Part shown: piece by piece, positions 39,542 to 48,500 of the stretch
Layout: each line of letters starts with the position of its first letter
How positions within the stretch are numbered: the first letter of the stretch is position 1
DNA from: a virus
Reading direction: 5' to 3' (one strand)
IMG/VR virus record: IMGVR_UViG_3300027973_002292
Span: 1 to 64,000 of that record
Length of the DNA stretch: 64,000 nt
Made by a program: the position numbers and the translations under genes
Notes under the pieces: generated by a model
What the model was told of the DNA's origin: nothing
What the model saw: only the letters and a program-made list of their open reading frames with translations
Databases searched by the model: none

Positions 39542-42500
39542 ATGTCTACTACAATTACAGCGGGACTTAGAGTTGATACGTCTGCGGCTTACAAAGATAT
39601 TGATCTTTTTAAGTCAAGAATAAATAAAAGCTTCAGTCAACCACTAGGAAGAATTAGTGGTGACGCAGCAGAGTTTTCTAAATCACTGCAAGCAGCCGCT
39701 GCCCGCGTAACAGCATTCGGGGCTACTACTGGAAGCATTTATTTAGTTACTAAAGCTATCTCAGAAACAGCAAGAGCCACAATAGAAGTAAATAAACAGT
39801 TAACAGAACTAAATACTTTCTTAGGAGAGTCTGAGTCTAGTCTTCAGAACTTTAGCAAAACTTTATTTTCAATCGCTAGAAATACAGGCTCAACTTTTTC
39901 TGACGCTACAGAAGCTGCTAAAGAGTTCGCCAGACAAGGCTTGTCAACTGAAGAGACATTAACCAGAACTAACGATGCGCTTGTCTTATCTAGAATTTCT
40001 GGTTTAAATTATGCTCAATCGGTAAACAGTATAACGACTGCTCTTAACGGTTTTAGTAAAGAAGCTTTAACTAGCACAGATATCATAAATAAGCTAATTG
40101 CTGTTGACACAAGATTTGCAGTTAGCTCTAAAGACCTAAGCGAAGCTCTAACCCGCGTAGGAAGTGCTGCTGAAGAAGCCGGCTTGTCTTCTGATCAATT
40201 GGTTGCTACAATTACTACTGCCCAACAAATCACTGGTCGTGGCGGTGCTGTAATCGGTAACGCTTTAAAAACAATCTTTACAAGAGTAAGAAGACCAGAA
40301 ATATTAGATCAGCTTAAGCAAATCGGAGTAGTCGTTACTGATCAAAATGGATCTCTGCTTAATGCTATTGATATTCTTAAGAACTATACGAATGTAACAA
40401 AAAATCTAAGCCAAGCTGAAAAATCAAGAACAGCAGAGCTTCTTGGCGGTGTTTATCAGATTAACCAATTACAATCAGTCATTAGAGACTTGGGAAGCGC
40501 CAACAGTATTTATGCAAGCTCTCTTAAGATTTCTATAGGAGCTACAGATGAGGCTATTAAGAAAAATTCCGAATTAAATAAAAGCTATGCTGCGCTAATT
40601 AATGACACTGCAAATTTAGCAACGCAAGTTGGGTCGGATATAGGTAAAAGCTTGTTTGGGCCAATTATTTCTGGCGGGGCTGGTGTTACAAAAGCAATAT
40701 TAGAATTTCTTTCTCCAGAGAGCATTGCTCCTCAAATTGGTAAAGCTGGGCAAGAAATTGGAAAAAATTTATCTAGAGAAATTGGTAAGGGAGTTCTAGA
40801 CACGCTTGGTAATGCATTGGTTTTCGTTGGAGCGCCAGTTGCGGCTGTAGTTGCTGGGTCTATAGGTAAAAGGCTGCTTTCGTTTTTAGGCGCATCAGTA
40901 AAAACGCAAATAAAAGGCATCACAGATCCATTAGGGAGAGTCGTTACGGGAGGCTCTTTCAGCGGAGATAAAGAAAGAGAGCAATTAAATTTAATAAATC
41001 AAATTTCAGATGTTGTAAAGAAAAATAATTTTATTGGTGAAGCTACCGTTAAGGGAGTCTATAATGAAGGCAAAGCTAGAAGAGAGGTTTTAAAAGAAAT
41101 TTTAGCACAAAATTCTCTACTAGAAAGACAAGCAAATTTAGCCCAAACAATTTTTAATACAATAAGTAAAATAAAGCCCACTGTTACAACTATAGGGCAA
41201 GTAAATTCTTTTGGATTAAATCAAGTTAACCCAAGGAGAAATGCTAAAGGAAGATTTGTTGCTTCTGGATATATTCCAAATTTTTCAATGGGATTAGCAG
41301 AACAAGAAGAGTCTGCTGCAAAAGGGTTCGGAGCCAAAAATCCTAAGGCTCGATTAATCAGAGCTACAATCAAAGGTAAAACTGGCCCAGTAATGATTAA
41401 CGACGAAGAGGATGTGGTTCCTAATTTCGCTGGCACAGGAGAAACAGCAATCATTCCTAGATACAGAAACGTTAAAGACATCCCCAGAATGGCTAAGGGA
41501 TATGTTCCTAATTTTAGTAACGCATCAGGAAGTTTTGGAACTGTTTCTAAGATTAATGAAAGCCAAGTTAGAAAAGAGTTTTTTTCTGGAGCAGGACAAT
41601 CAGGAGCAGGAGAAATAGCTAATGAATTTTTGGCTTCTAGAAAATTATCTGAGCAGATTCAAGCAAGCAGAGAGCTTGGTTATCAGGGCATGCGTGGAGG
41701 ATATATAGGAAAACTTTTTGAGGCTCCTCATACATATGGCACATTAGAAGACTCTATTAGATCTGGATCTATAGTCAAAGGCTTAGCTCCGGGAAAAACC
41801 GCCAAAGATATCGGAGATAATCTAGATAAATATACAGGAGAGTATAAAAATTATTATGAATTAGTAACAAATTTGGGAAGACTATCTGCTAAACAAATCA
41901 ACTCTGGAAAAGCAATGGAGGCCAGAGATTTAGCTAATTTTGGAAATTTAATGCTTAATAAAAAAGCAGAAGATCTTATTACTAAAATAGTTTCCAGAAA
42001 AGGGAGCGATAGACTTGTAGGGAAAATGAATAGTTCTTGGCAATCTACTAGTAGAGTAGCAGAAGGATTAGCTAGACAAGGAGCAAGAATTAGTATAGTT
42101 GATCCAGGTATTTTTGGAGGCTTAGGCGAAAAGAGAAAAAAAGAATTAGCAAAACTTGGCTATCAAGATAATTATCGTGAAATGACTGGGGCAAATGCTG
42201 CTGGTTATATTCCTAATTTTGCTAAAAAAGATAAATATAAATTCCCAAATATTTCTTCTAATAAGATGGAAGCAAATATTGGCAAAAATTTTGAAAAACT
42301 AACCCCTGAGAATCAAAGATATTTCGCAAGAGCTTACGAAGATTACAACAATTTAATTAAAGTTTTTTCTAAGGCTTCTGGAACTTCTCCAGAAAAGTTT
42401 GCTAATGTAATGTCTGCCCTTTCTCCTGCTAACCCATTAGAGAGAAACGCATTAGACGCTTTAAGATATAACTTGTTCTACCAAAAGAAACTCTCAACAG

Positions 42501-45500
42501 CAGCTTCTCCAATTTTCATAGACGAAAGAGAAATAGGGTCGGTAAAGGCTCAAACATATGGAGCAAACAGAACTAAAGCTGCAAATTTACTTGTTGGTTT
42601 AGAAAAGCTTACAGGAAATAAGAGAAAATCGTTCGTAAACAACATGTTAGATCCATTTCAAAGCACGGATGTTACAGTTGACTACAGAGCTCAAGGCGAC
42701 GCATTGAATAAACAATTTAATGTAAAAAATGCCCCTTCTATGAATAGGGAGCAATATGATAAAGTTTCCCAAGCGTTCAGAAACGTTGGATCTAAAGCAG
42801 GCGTTAGTGGTTTGGGGGTTCAAGCAGCGACTTGGATTGGTGGAAGAATGGGTTCTAAAGCTGCAAGAGGACAAGATTTCAATAGAGGAATTTTAAAATT
42901 TTTCTATGATAATCCAGATAAGATTAGTTTAGAGAATCTTGAGTTTTTGCTTTCTGTTCCAGGAAAAGGAAAGGCTAGAAAGGATTTCTTTAAAAACGCT
43001 TCAGCGATGGGTGTTTCTAAATTGGGATCTGATAGTCTTATTTCAATTCCAAGGGTAGGCGGGTATGTTCCTAATTTTGCAGGGTTTAATTTATCTACTA
43101 TAAGATTCTTGACTAAAGCTAGTGCTAAAATGTCTGGTTCAGTTCTTTCGCCTAAAACGTTAATAAAATTTGCTACTGGAAAAGGAAAAGTGGAGGATCT
43201 TGTAAATCCATTCTTAGATTTCTTAAAAAAACCTGCTGATCTTATTAATAGCCCTCAAGATTTAGAGGATGCAAAATCTGTTATAAATCTTATATTTAAA
43301 AATAATCAAGCTAGAGAAATGGCAGCTAGCAGGCTAGCTCCAATTATTAATGAGTCAAGTTTTAGTGTTAAATCTCAAGAAGAAGCGGTTTCTACAGGAA
43401 TACAATACCCCGACGGCGGAAGAGGCTATAGAGACTATAGAGATTTTTTACGTTATAAATTATTGGGCGGCCAAAAAGAATACGAAGAGTATGTAGGCAA
43501 CGAGTATGGCCCAAAAGCTTTAATTAAAAATAAAGATGGAAGTTATAGATTCAATCCGAAATCTACACAAGGACAATTAGAGTTGTCTGATGTTAGACAA
43601 GCAGCTAAAGTTTTATTTTCTACTCCAGAACAAATTGCTGAATCGAGAGCATTAATGGTTGGCAGGGATGTCCAAAAACAGTATAAAGCAAGAAAATTAG
43701 GACCAGAAGATAATGTTCCTGGACCTAACCCATTTTTAGGCTATACATATAAATTAGGAAGATTTATTGGTAACGTAGGAAAGAAAAGAAAAGCTGTAAA
43801 ATACACAGATAGATGGGATGTAGAATTACACCAAGGAGAAAGAGATGTGATGGAGAATTTTTTAAAAAACACATCTGAAATTTCAGATTTAGAGACAAGA
43901 AAACAAGTCGCCAATTATTATATAGATAGAGACTTAAGCGATAGTAGTTACGCTGGAGATATAAATAGTTTAATAGTGAAAGAATTATTATCTTCTATTC
44001 CTGGAGCAAACCCAATACTTTTAAAAGGCGCAGCTAGAGCTCCAAAAGGAGAGAGCATTTTCGCAAAAGGCTATATTCCTAATTTCTCTGGCTTATCTGA
44101 TTCAATAAGCAGAGAGAAATCTATGACTGGTCTTCCGGTTTCTCAAATCATGGCTCATTTTGATAAGAGCGGAAATCCAATAGCAGTAACAAACAAAAAA
44201 GATGAGCCTAATGGTCTCAAAGATGTAGTCCCAAATTTTGCACCGAGAGTAAAGGTTCCAAAAACTCCAAGAGGTAAAAAAGGAACAACTGCGGCTCAAG
44301 TTTCTGATTTATTTAGTTCTTTTTTTGGTGAGTCAATTGGAATAGGGCTTTTTCAATCTTTATCAAGCACATTAGCTGACAGAGAAGTCTTGTCTGAAGA
44401 TGTTAATACAGCAACGCAAATTGGTGCGCCTGCTCTCCTGGCGATTTTGCAGGGCATGAGAGGCTTAAAAGCTTCTAAAGGTCAAAAGCTGGGAGCAAGA
44501 GCTGCAGCGTTAGGCGTACCAGTAGCTTTAGGGGGAGCGCAAGCAGCCATGGGGTTTTATGCTTCCAGATCTGTTGGCGAAGATCTCCAAAGAAGAAAAC
44601 TTGAAAAAGAATCAGACAAAGCAGCAAAAGAGTTTAAAGACTTAACAGAAGGAACTCAAGAACTTGCAGATACTCTGTCCAAATTAAATGAATCTTTTAA
44701 AGACGCCTCATCGTCTCCAGAGCAATTATTTAATTTAAGTAAAAGAGCCTCTGAGTTAACAAAAAACGTAACTAAAAATAATCCTGCACTAGCAGCGGCA
44801 ATTTCTTCAGAGCCTAATGTAGAAAAGAAAATTAATTTAATAGAAGATGCTCGCAGAAAAGCCTCTCAACAACAAGCGGTAAAACAAGAAATCATACAAT
44901 TCGAAGGGTCTAAAACAAAATCTCCAGAAGATTTAATTAATTTATTTTCTAAAGAAATTTCTTTGGCTAATGATAAATTATTGCAATTAAACAGCAAAGA
45001 TTTAGTGCCTGCAAATTTTGATAAAATTCTTTCTGATGCTGATTTAGTGCCTTTAAAAACTTTCTTTGACCTTCAAAAAGAAGAGATAAAAAACAAATTA
45101 ATCCCATCATTTTTAGAGGCTGTAAAATTAGAAATAGAATACAATAAAATAAGTAAAGAAAGCATTAAACAAATAAAAGTTTTAAAAAGCGAAGAGATCA
45201 AAGCTAGCAAAGAGATAGAGGGAAAAAAAGTAAGAAGACAAGCCGGTTTAGAAGCTTTAAAATCGGGAGCTGAAGAGCTGAAGCCTTTTGCCGGTCAATT
45301 CGGGGCTAGAGCAGCTATTTCATTCGAGTCAGATCTTCAAAAAACAAAAGAGTCTATTTCAGCAATTACATCTTTCAGAACTCAAATAAACACAAAGCTA
45401 ATAGACAAAGACTTAAAACTTCCAACTAATGTTACTGATAAATTGCAAGGAATTCAAACTCCTGGGCAAGACGCTGGGGCTGTATTAGCAGAATTATCTA

Positions 45501-48500
45501 AGACTCCTGGTTTAAATGAAAAACAAATAGAAGCTCTAGAAGAATTAATTACTACTAATGAAACCCAATCTAGAGAGCTTAAAAAGATTTCCGACATTTC
45601 AGAAATAAATAAAAATGCTCAGCTTAGGGTTTTAAGTATTCAAGAAAAGTTAACCTATGGCGGCGGCATAAAAACCAGCATAGACTCTAGATCAAGAATC
45701 GATTCTATCAATGCTCCAATAAAGGGCCTTCTAGAAAGCAGACTAGGAGCAACTCTTGGTTCCGAAAGATCTCAAACTTCTGGAATGGTTAATGTAGTTA
45801 AATCTATTAAAGACTTATATCCTGGTCTTATAGAAAATTCTAAAGCTCTTGGGTCTGTAAGAGATAGGTTAACTAATCTTAGAGCTAATGACTTGAGAAA
45901 AGATCTTTTTAGGAACGCTTCTTTATTAGAATCCGCTGGCGGATATGGAGATATTCCTGGAATGCTAAGGGCTAAAGGGCTTGATTCTGAAGGATTGAAA
46001 ACTTTAGCAGCTACTCAAGCCGAAGCGGAGCTATCTGGAGGGAACTCTCCTCAAGAAACTACTAGATACTTAGCGGATGTAATTAAAGCCGCTACTGCTG
46101 ATTTAAATCTAACAATACAAGAAGGCCAACAAATTAAGGCTTTGCAAGAAAAGACTGCTGCTCCAGTAGCAGAAATAAATAAAGAAACTGAAGTCGCTAG
46201 ACAAAAATTTTTAACTTCGCTTACAGATTCTGTAAAAAAAGCTTTTGGAGAAAAAATAGACGTCCAAACTGTAAACATATCTAATGCTAGTGTCAATATA
46301 ACTCCGTCTTCGACATCTCAATCTGGAGAATCTTCTGGCGCAGCCCAAGCTAGGGCTTCCATGGCCACTATGGCATCTGGAGCGTCTGGTCCCAGAAGCA
46401 AAGGGTTTATTCCTTCTTTCTATAACCCCTTAAGAGAGGCGGTCCAAAGAGAAAGCCAATATGTTCCATTTAGTTCAATAAGAATTAACAAGAGCAATAA
46501 ATTAATAAATCAAAATAACCCACTAGGTTTAGGCGTGACTAATACAATTGATGAGCCAAATGGTTTAGCAAGTATTGGTTTAGCTTCAAAGGGATATGTT
46601 CCTAATTTTGCTTCTAAATCTAAAATTTTAGATAAAGTTCTAACAGATAAAAGTTTGTATGGGCCTAAAATATCTAAACAAGCTCAAGGATTGGCTAAGA
46701 AAGGTGAATTATGGGGTCTTGATTACGCAGCTTCTAATCCAAAGAAGGGAGATTACGTTCTATATAAAATAAAACCAGATGGCTCTTTAGGAGAAAGAGG
46801 TATGCCAAATAAAGGCGATACCGTTTTGAGCCACGTTGCAGCAAGCAAGTTCTTAGGAGGAGTAAAAGATCTCCTTCCTATATCTAAATTAGCTGAACCT
46901 CCAAAGAGTCAAGAAGCTTCGTTGGCTGGCGGAACTATTTTACCAACTTCAAGCATAGATAAGATAATCAGAGATGTTAAAAAGAAAGGCGGATCAGCTA
47001 CAGATCTTCAAAAAGCTGTAGAAACATTTGCTAAACAAAATTTATCTACATCTAATTTCTTAATTAAAACTGGAGTAGGCGATTTGTCAATCCAAAGCAA
47101 AGGAGTTTTCGGAATCAATTCAAAGCCACTAGATTCTTCAGCTTATGGAACAATTTTAAATGATTATGGAAGAGGAAAAGGTAAAAGTTCAGATTTCTTT
47201 ATTCAAGAAAAAGCTCAACTTTCTGATCAACATAATGAGTCAAGAGTACATGTAGCTATTGATGGGAAAGGCAACGTTAAACTTGTAAGGAATGGAACTA
47301 TAGACAAATCAACAGGAGGGAACCTTGCTAAAGGGTCTTATAGAAGAGCTGCGGAAAGAGCCGCTTTGCAAGCTGCCGAAGCATTCGTTAAAGCTAATCC
47401 AAAATTGGCAAAAAATCAATTTTTAGGTTTAGATGTAGGAGCGGTCGCAGCTACAGAAGGTAAGAGACTTGGGTTAACAACAAAACCTTTTAGCGAGTTG
47501 GGCCAAAAATTTAATCCAATTGTTTTTGAAATAAACCCAACAAGCAGAAGAGGAAGTCAAGGCGGATCTGGATTCGTTTCCGCTGAAAACCCTTTTTCAA
47601 AAGCAAGCCCATCTGTTTTTAATTCTATTTTATCAAGACTTGGAGTTAAATCAAATAATAAATTAGTCCAATCTAACGTTTTAGAAGCCTTATCTAAGGG
47701 AGTAATGGGAAATGATACATTATTAGGATCTGTAAAAAATAAAATTGCAGATACAAATATTCCATTTCCAAGCTCATTTTTTGGAAAAGTCAAAGGAGCT
47801 TTTTCAAGCAGTTCTTCTAAAGTTAAGTCTTTGTTCCAGAATGCTGGAGCTAAAATTTCAAATCTTGGCAATTCAGTTTTTGGTTCAGTTGGCTCTAAGT
47901 TTTCTGGTGTAACCGACAAAATTGGAGCTGGGTTATCTGGTCTCACTGGAAGAGTTAAAGGAGGCTTAGGGGGCATGGCGGCTGGGTTATCTGGTCTCAC
48001 TGGAAGAGTTAAAGGAGGCTTAGGGGGCATGGCGGCTGGGTTATCTGGTTCCTCTGGAAGAGTTAAAGGAGGTCTTTCTGGAGTTTTGACTGGATTAGGA
48101 TTTTTGGGCAATGTGCAGCAAATAGGGGAAAATAGGGAAGCTGATAGAAATTTAGAGGAGTATCTTTCAAAAGCAGCTGCTACATCCATTATACCCGCTG
48201 CGGCACTTGGTCTTACAGACTTTCTTGCGGGGGGGAAACTTTCGGCTAAGCATGAGGTTATTAAGGGTAAGATAGGTAAGGTAGCATCGAAAGGTTTACA
48301 AGCCGCTTCAGCTTTTAGCACCGCTGCCGAATCAGCAACAGAGTTTAGAGAAGGAAATTTCGGATTAGGGGCAGTAAAAGGAGCCGAAGCGGCAGCTTAT
48401 GCTGCTTCGCTGTTCGAAGGGGTAGGCAAAACGTTACCTAAGGGAAAAGGCCTTTTAGGCTCGCTTGGTAATGTTACTCCAAAAGCTTTATCTCAAGTAG

